Below, piece after piece: positions 9,294-18,494 of a DNA stretch of 64,000 bases (the first letter of the stretch is position 1; the number at the start of each line of letters is the position of its first letter). The stretch comes from Eubacteriales bacterium (GTDB lineage: Bacteria; Bacillota; Clostridia; Oscillospirales; QAKW01), in NCBI GenBank assembly GCA_045541555.1, contig JAZQJH010000005.1:752-64751 (forward strand). The letters are read 5' to 3'. The notes under the pieces are model-generated. The model searched no databases. It was given only the letters and a program-made list of their open reading frames with translations, and was not told where the DNA came from. A program made the translations under genes and the position numbers.

Positions 9294-10433
9294 ATGAAGA
9301 TCCTATTTGCGGCAGATATGTCGTTTAACTATTTTGACCGTCTGCCTTCTGCGGCAGAGGCGGAGGCGATCATGACCGGAACGGCCGCTCATTTCAAGGC
9401 GGCGGATTTCAGTATTCTCAATCTGGAGAATATCTTCGGTAAGCCGGAGGAGCATATCCCCATCATTAAGGCGGGGCCCAATCTGATCTCCGACGATCGG
9501 TTCTCTGCATTTCTTGACACCTTGAAGCCGACGGTGGTGGGGCTTGCCAATAACCATAGCCGGGATTACGGCGACAACGCGTTGCTTTATACCAAGGAAT
9601 TCCTGGAGAAGAAAGGCTATATTGCTATCGGTGCCGGGAAGAATATCGAGGAGGCCTATCAGCCGGCCGTTCTGGAAAAGGACGGGCTGAAGGTGGCAAT
9701 TATTGCCGTCAACGAAAATGAGTTCGGCATTGCAGACATGGAGCAGGCCGGTACCGCAGGCTACGATCTCACCCGTGTGACCAAGACCATCTTTGCCGCC
9801 AAGGAGCAGGGCGCTCTGCCCATCGTCTATTTCCACGGCGGGAACGAGCACAATCCCTTCCCCTCGCCGGGCAAGGTGGGACTGTACCGTCACTTCATTG
9901 ATCTGGGCGCTAAGGCGGTCATCGCCATGCATACTCATTGCCCCCAGGGCTATGAGTATTATGAGGGCGCGCCCATCGTCTACAGCATGGGTAATTTTTT
10001 CTTCCCATCCAAGAATGAGCGTCCGACCTGGGGCGTAGGTTATATGTCCACCTTGGATATTTCTGAGCAAGAGATCAAGCTGGGCGTCATTCCTTATTCC
10101 TTTGATTTTGATCATCATACCCCCATGGATGAGGAAAAGAAAGCCAAATTCATGGCGTATCTTGAGGAACTGAGCGCGCCCATCGGCGATCCCCAGGAGC
10201 TGCGCAAGTACTTTGACGGCTGGTGCATGGTCATGGGTCTGAAATACGTGGGCTACCTCAGCTTCGGCCTTGAATCGGAGCCCCCTCAGCAGGCACGCTT
10301 GAAGAACAGCTTCTCCTGCGAGGCGCATAACGAGCTGATCGGCAATACCATCAAGATCTATTTTGAGGGTCGGGTGGAGGAGGCCAAGGAAACGGTGCCC
10401 ACCATCGAGCGGTTGCAGAACACAATATTCTAA
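9294..10433 (+). CDS. CapA-family (poly-gamma-glutamate capsule synthesis-like) metallophosphatase
   Basis: 379 aa with LFAADMSF, GLANNHSRDYG and FHGGNEH motifs. Confidence 0.65.
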   Translation: MKILFAADMSFNYFDRLPSAAEAEAIMTGTAAHFKAADFSILNLENIFGKPEEHIPIIKAGPNLISDDRFSAFLDTLKPTVVGLANNHSRDYGDNALLYTKEFLEKKGYIAIGAGKNIEEAYQPAVLEKDGLKVAIIAVNENEFGIADMEQAGTAGYDLTRVTKTIFAAKEQGALPIVYFHGGNEHNPFPSPGKVGLYRHFIDLGAKAVIAMHTHCPQGYEYYEGAPIVYSMGNFFFPSKNERPTWGVGYMSTLDISEQEIKLGVIPYSFDFDHHTPMDEEKKAKFMAYLEELSAPIGDPQELRKYFDGWCMVMGLKYVGYLSFGLESEPPQQARLKNSFSCEAHNELIGNTIKIYFEGRVEEAKETVPTIERLQNTIF

Positions 10434-10510
10434 TCAAAAAAAGGAGCGAAAATTTCGCACCTTTTTTCTTCTTTTTCTACATATAATAGTATGAAAAGGA
10501 GGAATTGAAG

Positions 10511-11110
10511 ATGCCTGAGGTTTATTTATCGCCGTCGCCCCGGCATTTTAATCAGGGCTATGGTACTTACGGAACAGAGGAAGAACGAATGAATTTGATC
10601 GCCGACGTGGTGGAATTGGAGCTGGTACGCAACGGACTGACCACCGCGCGCAACAATCCGGCTTACGACCTACAGACGGTGGTGGCGGATGCCAACGCTC
10701 AAAATTCAGACGTCTACGTGGCTATCCGCTCAGTTTATTGCGATGCGGGGGTGCGGGGGGCCAAGATCTTTTATTTTCGTCCGGGGACAGACAGTCAACG
10801 CTTAGCGGAAGATATTTTTGCGCGGCTCTCGTTGGTGACCCCCGTGGAGGATCGGGGGATCGAAACAGGGCAGAACGTTTACGGGGGCTTGGGCTTTTAC
10901 GAGCTGCGACGCACCCGGATGCCGGCGGTGATCGTGGAGGTGGGGTGCCATGGAGATCCCCAGGAAGCAGATTTTATCGTTCGCAACGTCTATGAGATCG
11001 GGGTAGCCATCGCAACGGGGATTTTAGATTATTTCGGTCTGCCCTATAATCCTGACTCGGTGGAGGAGCAGCAACGGCTGAAGGATGAGTATGATTCCAT
11101 TTTCTTTTGA
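10511..11110 (+). CDS. N-acetylmuramoyl-L-alanine amidase-like protein (Amidase_3-type, possibly degenerate)
   Basis: YLSPSP..N.G...EE.MNLIAD and PAVIVEVGCHGD resemble clostridial MurNAc-LAA proteins. The usual AIHSNA motif reads AIRSVY here. RBS GGAGG lies 8 nt before the ATG at 10511. Confidence 0.45.
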   Translation: MPEVYLSPSPRHFNQGYGTYGTEEERMNLIADVVELELVRNGLTTARNNPAYDLQTVVADANAQNSDVYVAIRSVYCDAGVRGAKIFYFRPGTDSQRLAEDIFARLSLVTPVEDRGIETGQNVYGGLGFYELRRTRMPAVIVEVGCHGDPQEADFIVRNVYEIGVAIATGILDYFGLPYNPDSVEEQQRLKDEYDSIFF

Positions 11111-11318
11111 ATAATATTCAATGCACGTGAATAAAATACAGAGACAAAAGGGTGCATAATGGGAGTGTATATTCATTTTTGTGCATGCTATATAGAATCA
11201 GTGGCGTATATTTGGGAATAATTTTTAAATATTTTTGCATTTTATGCTTGACAACACGAATATTATGCATTATAATACAGACATCACATAAAAAATCCAA
11301 TGAAAAGAGGAACAAACA

Positions 11319-12086
11319 ATGAACATGAAGAAAATTCTGTGTCTGGTTCTGGCTATGCTGATGGTCGTGACCTGCCTGGCAGGCTGCGGCGCGAAGAAGG
11401 ATGATTCCAAGCTGGTTATGGCAACCAATGCTGCATTTCCTCCCTATGAGTATATGGAAGGTGATGAGTTCAAGGGTATCGACATTGAGTTGGCTGAAAA
11501 GCTGGCCGAGAAGCTGGGCAAAGAGCTGGTAATCGAGAACGTAGAGTTCGGCTCCATCGTTACCGGTGTTCAGACCGGCAAGTACGACGTGGGTATCGCC
11601 GGTATGACCGTTACCGACGAGCGTAAGGAAAAGGTAAACTTCTCCGAGTCTTATGCAACCGGTATTCAGGTTGTTATCGTTAAAGAGGATTCTGCAATCA
11701 AGACCTTGGACGATCTGGGTGGTGCTGACGTAATGATCGGCGTTCAGCAGGATACTACCGGTCATATCTACGCTGCTGATACCGTTGAAAACGGCGGTTA
11801 CGGCGAGGATCACGTGAATGCTTACCTGAGCGGTGCAGATGCTGTTAATGCTCTGGTTTCCGATAAGGTTGACGCTGTTATCATTGATAACGAGCCTGCT
11901 AAGAGCTTTGTGGCTGCTAATAAGGGACTGAAGATCCTGGACGCCGAATGGGCTGTTGAGGACTATGCTATCGCGATCAATAAGGAAGATACCAAGCTGC
12001 TGGAAGATATTAATAAAGCAATCGCCGAGATGAAGGCAGACGGTACTTTGAAGTCCATCATCGAGACCTATATCCCTGCTAAATAA
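11319..12086 (+). CDS. amino-acid ABC transporter substrate-binding lipoprotein
   Basis: Lipobox LAGCG and a family-3 SBP pattern (FPPYEY..GIDIELA). Promoter TTGACA / 17 nt / TATAAT lies at about 11249-11277. Confidence 0.85.
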   Translation: MNMKKILCLVLAMLMVVTCLAGCGAKKDDSKLVMATNAAFPPYEYMEGDEFKGIDIELAEKLAEKLGKELVIENVEFGSIVTGVQTGKYDVGIAGMTVTDERKEKVNFSESYATGIQVVIVKEDSAIKTLDDLGGADVMIGVQQDTTGHIYAADTVENGGYGEDHVNAYLSGADAVNALVSDKVDAVIIDNEPAKSFVAANKGLKILDAEWAVEDYAIAINKEDTKLLEDINKAIAEMKADGTLKSIIETYIPAK

Positions 12087-12154
12087 GTGAGAGAAATATT
12101 ACGGGGGGAGCCCTTGCTCCCCCTGTTTTTCTGCATTAGGAAGGAATAAAAACC

Positions 12155-12919
12155 GTGGAATTTTTTGAGACCATTGGAAATTGGTTTAAGGATCTTTGGA
12201 TCGCTTTTGCCAAGGATTTTCATTTCAATTTTATTGCCAGCGACCGCTGGAAATCTATGCTAAAGGGCTTGGGCGCTACCCTGGAGATCACCTTTTTTGC
12301 TCTCTTGATCGGTCTTTTGATCGGTATCATCGTGGCGGCAGTGCGCTCTACTTACGATAAGAATAAGGAGACGATGTCTAAAAAAGGCGGCTTCAGCTGG
12401 GCGGTCATGCGGTTTGTCAATGGAATCTGCAACCTCTACCTGACGGTGGTACGCGGTACGCCGGTGGTGGTGCAGCTGATGATCTTTTATTTCATCATCT
12501 TTGCCTCCTCCCGAAATGGTATTGCCGTGGCGATCATTGCCTTCGGTGTAAACTCCGGTGCCTACGTGGCGGAGATCTTCCGAAGCGGTATCGTTTCGGT
12601 GGATAACGGTCAGTTTGAGGCGGGCAGATCCCTGGGCTTCAGCTATCTGCAGACCATGCTCCATATCATCATCCCTCAGGCGTTTAAAAACGTCCTGCCC
12701 ACCCTCTGCAATGAGTTTATTGTTCTTTTGAAGGAGACCTCTGTTGCCGGTTACGTGGGTGTTATCGACCTGACCAAGGCGGGCGATATTATCCGTGGGC
12801 GGACCTTTTCTGCCTATATGCCCCTGATCGCAGTGGCATTGATCTATCTTTTGATGGTGGTCATTTTGACTGCTTTGGTGCGGAAGCTTGAAAGGAGGTT
12901 GCAGAAAAGTGAGCGATAA
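12155..12919 (+). CDS. amino-acid ABC transporter permease
   Basis: His/Glu/Gln/Arg-type permease pattern ([16 protein letters not shown]). GTG start with RBS AGGAAGGA. Confidence 0.85.
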   Translation: MEFFETIGNWFKDLWIAFAKDFHFNFIASDRWKSMLKGLGATLEITFFALLIGLLIGIIVAAVRSTYDKNKETMSKKGGFSWAVMRFVNGICNLYLTVVRGTPVVVQLMIFYFIIFASSRNGIAVAIIAFGVNSGAYVAEIFRSGIVSVDNGQFEAGRSLGFSYLQTMLHIIIPQAFKNVLPTLCNEFIVLLKETSVAGYVGVIDLTKAGDIIRGRTFSAYMPLIAVALIYLLMVVILTALVRKLERRLQKSER

Positions 12920-13649
12920 TATTATCCGGGTAAAGGGCTTAAAAAAGCATTATAACGGCGGCGCCATCAAGGCGCTGGACGGCGTGGATATTGATATCAA
13001 GCGCGGCGAGGTCGTGGTGGTTATCGGTCCCTCCGGCAGCGGTAAATCCACCCTGCTCCGCAGCCTGAATCTGCTGGAATCTCCCACTGACGGCGAGATC
13101 TTCGTGGACGGCGTGGATATCAACGGCAAAAAGGTCAATATCAATCTCCATCGGCAGAAGATGGGCATGGTCTTTCAGCATTTTAACCTCTTTCCCCATA
13201 TGACCATCCTGAAGAATATGACCATCGCGCCGATGAAGCTGAAAAAGATACCCAAGGCCGAGGCGGAAGCCAAGGCGCTGGAGCTTTTGAAGAGGGTCGG
13301 GCTCGGTGACCGTGCCGAGGCGTATCCCAGCCAGCTTTCCGGCGGTCAGAAGCAGCGTGTGGCCATCGTCCGTGCGCTTTGCATGGACCCGGAGGTCATG
13401 CTCTTCGATGAGCCCACCTCTGCCTTGGATCCCGAAATGGTCGGAGAGGTACTGGAGGTCATGAAGCAGCTGGCCAATGAGGGGATGACCATGGTGGTGG
13501 TGACCCATGAGATGGGCTTTGCCCGCGAGGTGGGAAGCCGCGTTGTCTTTATGGACGGCGGTACCATCATCGAGGAAGGCACCCCGGCGGAGATCTTTGA
13601 TCAGCCTAAGAGCCCCAGACTGCAGGACTTTTTGGCAAAAGTTCTTTAA
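12909..13649 (+). CDS. amino-acid ABC transporter ATP-binding protein
   Basis: Walker [10 protein letters not shown], signature LSGGQKQR and Walker [13 protein letters not shown] prefer the GTG at 12909 to the upstream ORF-track start. Confidence 0.85.
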   Translation: MSDNIIRVKGLKKHYNGGAIKALDGVDIDIKRGEVVVVIGPSGSGKSTLLRSLNLLESPTDGEIFVDGVDINGKKVNINLHRQKMGMVFQHFNLFPHMTILKNMTIAPMKLKKIPKAEAEAKALELLKRVGLGDRAEAYPSQLSGGQKQRVAIVRALCMDPEVMLFDEPTSALDPEMVGEVLEVMKQLANEGMTMVVVTHEMGFAREVGSRVVFMDGGTIIEEGTPAEIFDQPKSPRLQDFLAKVL

Positions 13650-13707
13650 AAAAGTTTAAAACGGGGGTTGACAATTCAACCCCCGTGTAGTAGAATAGAA
13701 TGGCTGT

Positions 13708-13784
13708 GGAGGCATAGCTCAGCTGGTTAGAGTACTTGCTTGACATGCAAGGGGTCACTGGTTCGATTCCAGTTGTCTCCACCA
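13708..13784 (+). tRNA. tRNA-Val (anticodon GAC), CCA encoded
   Basis: Hand-folded cloverleaf. Acceptor GGAGGCA/TGTCTCC, D arm GCTC..GAGT, anticodon stem CTTGC/GCAAG with loop TTGACAT, T arm ACTGG-TTCGATT-CCAGT, discriminator A, then CCA. Confidence 0.9.
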
Positions 13785-13786
13785 AA
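13766..13786 (+). repeat. attL core (direct repeat, overlaps tRNA-Val 3' end)
   Basis: Identical 21-mer to 23692-23712. Confidence 0.8.
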
Positions 13787-13879
13787 TAGAAAAAACCGCT
13801 TGATTTCAAGCGGTTTTTCTTTTTCTGTACACGATTGGTACACGATTTTTCTTGAAATTCGTGTACGGAATAGAGAAAA

Positions 13880-15007
13880 TCAGGTGATTTTATCCAGGAT
13901 ATTGACCGCCCGATCTTCTTCACGTGGGTATAGGTGGGAGTAGGTATTCCAGGTGATCTCTATTTTAGCGTGACCGAGCCGTCGGGCAACCTCTTGAATG
14001 TTGATCCCTTCATTGGCCAGGAGTGAGGCGTGGCTATGGCGAAAGTCGTGGATCCGGATGATCTTCAGACCGGCTGCCTCTGCATACTGTTTGTTCCGGT
14101 TGCTTACGCTGCTATCACGCAGGGGAGCGGTGCCGCCGCAGATGCGCCAATCGTCTGTGAAGCCCTCTGCGTGCGCTGTGTAGCGTTTTTTGTGCTCGTC
14201 CAAGACTTTTATCAAGGGAGCCGGTAATTTAATATCACGGGCAGACGTGCGGTTTTTGGGCGGTGTTTCACGATCACCGCCTTTTAATTTTTGGTTGATG
14301 GATCGGCGGATCTTGAGGGTATTCCCGTCAATATCAGACCATTTGAGGGCGTGGATCTCTCCCTTGCGCAGTCCGGCATAGAAAGCAATGTTGAAGAATA
14401 CATAGAAATTCCACTCAAAAAAGCCCTCTGTCTCTGCCGCCGTTTTGGCAGCATCCCTGTATTTCAGCCATTCATCGGGGGTGTAATAGTCTATTTCTTT
14501 CTTTTCTGCGTATGCATCACGGAAGCCGCCGAGCTTCTTCAATAAATTGGTGGGAAGATAGTCCATCTTGACGGCATAATCCAGGATCGAGCAGAGCGGC
14601 CGGTAGATATTCCGGCGCATGGAGAGGGCGAGCCCCTTTTCTTCAATCCCCAGTTTCCATCGTTGCAGGATCTGAAGATTGATTTTATTGAGCTTCAGAT
14701 TGCCAAACTCCGGCAGGATATGGTTTTTGATGATATGCTTTTCCTTTTCCAGCGTGGACTCTCTGACGGTGGGTTGCTTTTGACGTATATACTCTTCATA
14801 GAGGGCTTGAAAGGTTCTGCCGGTGGAAGGCACCGGGGCCGCTTTGATCTCCTGGAGCAGTTCACGCTCTTTTTCTTTTGCCTCATTGGCACCGTAGACG
14901 ATCCGGGTGAGTTGCCGGGGTTTTCCGGTGGCGGTGGTGTAGTTGATCCGTACACGGTATTTTTGCTGACCGTCTTTCTTTTCGCCTTCCACTTTGTAGA
15001 TCGGCAT
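13880..15007 (-). CDS. tyrosine site-specific recombinase (phage-type integrase)
   Basis: R..HDFRHSHASLL..LGHAKIEITWNTYSHL catalytic region. ATG at 15007 with GGAGGTGA 8 nt upstream. Confidence 0.9.
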   Translation of the reverse strand: MPIYKVEGEKKDGQQKYRVRINYTTATGKPRQLTRIVYGANEAKEKERELLQEIKAAPVPSTGRTFQALYEEYIRQKQPTVRESTLEKEKHIIKNHILPEFGNLKLNKINLQILQRWKLGIEEKGLALSMRRNIYRPLCSILDYAVKMDYLPTNLLKKLGGFRDAYAEKKEIDYYTPDEWLKYRDAAKTAAETEGFFEWNFYVFFNIAFYAGLRKGEIHALKWSDIDGNTLKIRRSINQKLKGGDRETPPKNRTSARDIKLPAPLIKVLDEHKKRYTAHAEGFTDDWRICGGTAPLRDSSVSNRNKQYAEAAGLKIIRIHDFRHSHASLLANEGINIQEVARRLGHAKIEITWNTYSHLYPREEDRAVNILDKIT

Positions 15008-15027
15008 AAAAATCACCTCCTAAGGTG

Positions 15028-15135
15028 TTGAAAAATCAATGTTGATATAGTATAATATAAATGTGCATGAGCCACGAGTGCGGTGTTTCATGTCCATGAC
15101 AGCCTCCGCCAAGAGCGGAGGCCTCTTTCTTTTTA
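15028..15135 (+). ncRNA. micro transcription unit 1 (promoter + ~75-nt transcript + terminator); possible leaderless 12-aa ORF MCMSHECGVSCP
   Basis: TTGAAA (15028-15033) / 17 nt / TATAAT (15051-15056). Terminator GCCTCCGCC..GGCGGAGGC plus T-run ends at about 15135. Confidence 0.45.
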
Positions 15136-15141
15136 AAAGCC

Positions 15142-15281
15142 TTGCATAAGCGAGGAAGATCTGCTATAATATGGGTGGTTGGTTTAAAGTTTGCAAAAGA
15201 CTCATGCGCAGTTGACGAGCTGCGGAACCAATTCTCCTTAAAATTGCCTCCGTTTCAGTCATAACGGAGGCTTTTTCTTTT
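15142..15281 (+). ncRNA. micro transcription unit 2 (promoter + ~110-nt transcript + terminator)
   Basis: TTGCAT (15142-15147) / 17 nt / TATAAT (15165-15170). Terminator GCCTCCGTT..AACGGAGGC plus T-run lies at 15246-15281. Confidence 0.45.
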
Positions 15282-15298
15282 GTTGGTCTATAAAACAC

Positions 15299-15413
15299 TT
15301 GCAAAAGGCAAGGCGATATGATAAAATATAAATGGTTCCGGGCGTTGTCTGTACCGTACCGGAGCTGCCCTTTATGAACGTCCCTGCACCGCAGCAGGGG
15401 CGTTTTTCTTTTT
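15299..15413 (+). ncRNA. micro transcription unit 3 (promoter + ~85-nt transcript + terminator)
   Basis: TTGCAA (15299-15304) / 17 nt / TAAAAT (15322-15327). Terminator CCCTGC..GCAGGG plus T-run ends at about 15413. Confidence 0.45.
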
Positions 15414-15553
15414 GCCTTAACGTGGATCCTGCTCAGATCGGCAGGAGCTGCGCCTGGATGAGCGGGTAAGGAATGAATTATTTGCCATAATCCTATGGGT
15501 TATTCTCTTTGAAATCAAGGGTTATTCTTTTTAGGTTTTTGTAAATATCTGTA

Positions 15554-16243
15554 TTATGTGAAGTTAAATCCGCTGAAAATCGGAAAAGCAAATACTAAAT
15601 ACACCGTAAATATGGCGGCGAGGAGCCAGCAGAGGAAGATTGGCACACCGACGTTGGCTAACAAGGTAAAAAGCCCGTGGGCAGATATTATTGCTACAAT
15701 GGCGGTGGTGCAAAGGTATGAACCAAGTGCTGCGTCTTTAGCCTTCTTTATCTCTCCCACGTTGGTTAGGTTGTTCAAGGCGGCGAGCCATGCAAGGATT
15801 GGAAACCACACAAGAGATAACAATAAAATGGTGTTGTCGGCTGGGATGATTTTCGGCATGGCAAGAATATAGCCGTAGGTATAAAAGGCGCCGCCGATCA
15901 GAGCGGTGATGCCAAGGACGACGTTGGAATAATTACTGCTCTCTTTATATTTCGGGGGATCTGTATTGTCGTAATTGGGGGCCGCATTGATGGTGATAAC
16001 TCGGCTGCCATGTTCTACTTTTATTTTGGAAATAGGGGAGGCTTTTGGAATATCAAGCCCGTTGAGCTCGCAACGCTCAATTTCTGTTACGATCATTTGT
16101 GTAGCAATATTGAGCAGAGATTGACGATCGGTGAGGAGGTAATTGTCAATAGATACACCCAAATCCGGGATAGTGATTGTATAGTGGCTGTATTCACTTT
16201 CTGGGGTTAGGACAACAGGAAAGGTATAGTTGTTCGTTTTCAT
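15554..16243 (-). CDS. HicB-like N-terminal domain fused to a ~4-TM membrane domain (element cargo)
   Basis: YTFPVVLTPESE..YTITIPDLGVS follows the HicB/UPF0150 pattern. The C-terminal half is hydrophobic. I prefer the ATG at 16243 to the one at 16252, which abuts the RBS. Confidence 0.4.
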   Translation of the reverse strand: MKTNNYTFPVVLTPESEYSHYTITIPDLGVSIDNYLLTDRQSLLNIATQMIVTEIERCELNGLDIPKASPISKIKVEHGSRVITINAAPNYDNTDPPKYKESSNYSNVVLGITALIGGAFYTYGYILAMPKIIPADNTILLLSLVWFPILAWLAALNNLTNVGEIKKAKDAALGSYLCTTAIVAIISAHGLFTLLANVGVPIFLCWLLAAIFTVYLVFAFPIFSGFNFT

Positions 16244-16268
16244 GAATGGCATTCTCCTTTTAGTTTAA

Positions 16269-16778
16269 TCAAGGATTTGTTAGTTTTTCGCTAAATTTCA
16301 ATATATCATCCGCTGAAAATTTTATACAATCGTCGCAAAGATCGTAGTATCCATCTGCTACGGCAGAATCGAGGGATCTGTATTTCTTGCTATTTTCTTT
16401 GTCAGGTTTATGATAACACTCCAGATCGTGGATAGTATGGGTCGTTGTATTTACGATATATCGGTAGTCGTCCTGTGACCAATGGATTATAGCTAAAATA
16501 AGCAGAGTAATTGCAATACCGGTGAGGATGGTTGTGAATACCGGAGAATCGTAGTAAAGCTTTGTAAAGCCTTTCATAGCTAAGATAAAAAGAGCAAGGA
16601 GGGCGGGAAAGCAAAAAACAAGCCCAAGGATCAGGATATAAGGGATAAAGCTAAACCAAATATCAAAAAGAACTATAATGCAAAAAAATGCCAGAATAGC
16701 AATTCCGATAGAGAAAAGAAATAAGATCCAGCCGCCGTCTTTTAGATTCTCTTTGAGGTGTTTAAAGAAATATGACAT
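16269..16778 (-). CDS. membrane protein with C-terminal Cys/His (zinc-ribbon-like) tail (element cargo)
   Basis: 169 aa. About 4 TM segments are followed by HDLECYHKPD...YRSLDSAVADGYYDLCDDC. Confidence 0.4.
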   Translation of the reverse strand: MSYFFKHLKENLKDGGWILFLFSIGIAILAFFCIIVLFDIWFSFIPYILILGLVFCFPALLALFILAMKGFTKLYYDSPVFTTILTGIAITLLILAIIHWSQDDYRYIVNTTTHTIHDLECYHKPDKENSKKYRSLDSAVADGYYDLCDDCIKFSADDILKFSEKLTNP

Positions 16779-16820
16779 AATATTCTCCTTATGATCTCCG
16801 GCTTAGGCGCTGGAGATTTT

Positions 16821-17309
16821 TTAATTGTCGTCTTGTTCATTGTCAATCTGGCTTTCTATATCGGCGATATTGCGCAAAAGGGCTTTTCTTTCTTGATAGG
16901 TGCCGGAAGGCGTGACGGTTTCTTTGGCACCACCAAAGGCAACGATCTTTGCCTGCTCTTGAGCAGGTTCAGTAGGGATCATTCGCAACGTGGGTTCTTC
17001 GATTTTTAGTAAACGATCTACGGCTGGTTGTATATCCGGCTGGTTTCTATAGGCAGTAATTAGTTTTTCTTCATGGCTCGAAAGGGTTAATACTGTGGCT
17101 TTTGTAGGTGCTTCCCAACCCATAAGATAAGCAGGGGTTGTTTTTAGGGCTACTGCGATTGGTTCCAAAAAGTCGATGGGAAGATTTTCAATTTCGCCGT
17201 TTTCATATCGATAAATTGTAGAACGATCTTTTCCTAAACGCTTTCCCAGGTCATTTGCACTCATTTTTAGGGCTTTTCGTCGTTCCTTGATTCTTTGTCC
17301 TATATTCAT
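16821..17309 (-). CDS. XRE-family repressor (CI-like) of the element
   Basis: HTH MNIGQRIKERRKALKMSANDLGKRLG..STIYRYENG. ATG at 17309 with RBS AAAGGAG. It is divergent from the cro-like gene. Confidence 0.8.
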   Translation of the reverse strand: MNIGQRIKERRKALKMSANDLGKRLGKDRSTIYRYENGEIENLPIDFLEPIAVALKTTPAYLMGWEAPTKATVLTLSSHEEKLITAYRNQPDIQPAVDRLLKIEEPTLRMIPTEPAQEQAKIVAFGGAKETVTPSGTYQERKALLRNIADIESQIDNEQDDN

Positions 17310-17345
17310 GAAATCACTCCTTTTATATGTTATTATAAAAGAATT

Positions 17346-17465
17346 GTCGCAAAAATGCAACAACAAAGTTGCTTTTTATAAAAAACAGTCGCAAAATATG
17401 CGAAAATTGATTGACTTTTAAAAAAAGAGGTGATATTATAAAAAAGCAGTCGCAAGTCATGCGAC
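17346..17465. promoter_or_regulatory. divergent promoter region with operator repeats GTCGCA-N5-TGCGAC
   Basis: Sites lie at 17346-17361 (weak), 17388-17404 (1 mismatch) and 17449-17465 (perfect). The plus-strand promoter is TTGACT (17411-17416) / 17 nt / TATTAT. The minus-strand promoter is TTGCAT / 17 nt / TATAAT and overlaps the first site. Confidence 0.6.
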
Positions 17466-17480
17466 ATTGGAGGTGATGAA

Positions 17481-17681
17481 ATGAAGGTCTGCGAATTAAA
17501 GAAAAAAATGGATGAGAGAAGAATCGGGGTTGACGCTTTATCACAAGCATTAGGAATTGACCGCTCTACCATGTATCGAAAACTGGCTGCATTAGAAAAA
17601 ATCACAATCAAAGAAGCTAAAAAAATAGTTAAGATACTCGGCTTTAGCAATGAAGAAGCAATAGCTATTTTTTTTGGTTAA
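17481..17681 (+). CDS. Cro-like small HTH protein
   Basis: 66 aa. HTH in ALSQALGIDRSTMYRKL. RBS GGAGGTGA. Confidence 0.65.
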   Translation: MKVCELKKKMDERRIGVDALSQALGIDRSTMYRKLAALEKITIKEAKKIVKILGFSNEEAIAIFFG

Positions 17682-17682
17682 A

Positions 17683-17703
17683 CAGTCGCATGGTGTGCGA
17701 CTG
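17683..17703. promoter_or_regulatory. fourth operator copy (perfect palindrome CAGTCGCA-TGGTG-TGCGACTG)
   Basis: Same half-sites as the switch region, located just after the cro-like stop. Confidence 0.55.
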
Positions 17704-17727
17704 TTAATTTAAGAAAGGGGCGCCAAT

Positions 17728-17931
17728 ATGGAAAATTGGACAGTACAGGCATTAAGAAAACTAAAAGACAACCACATTAAGCAAAAGGACGCGGCGGAGC
17801 TACTGGGGGTTACCCCGGAGCACGTGAGCCGGATCCTCAATGGGAAAAAGAGAACCCGGTGGGGTGAGTGGCAGATCATGGCCGCCATCGACAAGCTGAC
17901 CGCCGGGAACCGGCAGGAGGTGGCGGGATGA
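17728..17931 (+). CDS. small HTH DNA-binding protein
   Basis: 67 aa with QKDAAELLGVTPEHVSRILNG. Confidence 0.55.
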   Translation: MENWTVQALRKLKDNHIKQKDAAELLGVTPEHVSRILNGKKRTRWGEWQIMAAIDKLTAGNRQEVAG

Positions 17932-18494
17932 AGCTGAAGGATCTATTGAGCGGGTATTGCACCACCGAGGAAGAGATCATTGCCAACGTGCGGCAGGAGG
18001 GCAGTCTTTTTGACCGTGCTTCGGCAGAGGCGTTGATCCAGCAAGCCCGGCAGGAATGGCCGGTGCAGTTTGACGGCGAAGAGGGGGCACCCGAGGAGTT
18101 GACCCCTTTGGAGGCGTGCGTGAGCTGTTATCTCCGAGGAATGTATGTGGCGAAGTCGCAGCTTGATATTTTGGTTGACCGTGTGGCAGAGCTGGAGAAA
18201 AAGAAAGAGGAGTTGCAGGAGCAGATCTGCAAGTCGGATTACACTGCGCAACGTGCTCAGATGATACAGCAATGTTTCCTTGACTTTTTAGACGAGGCGG
18301 TCTTTGTCCGAGGAGAGAAGGACGAAGAAAAGCGGTTGATCTCTGCGGATCATTTCTTTGAAAAGCTGAGCCATCATCAGGAAGAGGTTTATACCGTATT
18401 AGATCTGCTGGCGGACGTGATCACCGATCTGAATGAGCTGCGCTATCTGTTTGCTGGCGGAAATCCGGGACCGGTGAAAGGGGTGGCGAAATGA
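17928..18494 (+). CDS. hypothetical protein (acidic, coiled-coil segment)
   Basis: The ATG at 17928 overlaps the upstream stop (ATGA). I recognise no motif. Confidence 0.45.
   Translation: MKLKDLLSGYCTTEEEIIANVRQEGSLFDRASAEALIQQARQEWPVQFDGEEGAPEELTPLEACVSCYLRGMYVAKSQLDILVDRVAELEKKKEELQEQICKSDYTAQRAQMIQQCFLDFLDEAVFVRGEKDEEKRLISADHFFEKLSHHQEEVYTVLDLLADVITDLNELRYLFAGGNPGPVKGVAK

Noticed and set aside
11111-11318. A possible riboswitch or T-box ahead of the amino-acid ABC importer. TGCAT/ATGCA motifs recur five times in this region.
   Set aside because: There is no T-box sequence, no terminator, and no aptamer motif I recognise. It is probably just promoter or regulator-binding DNA, with too little evidence for a call.
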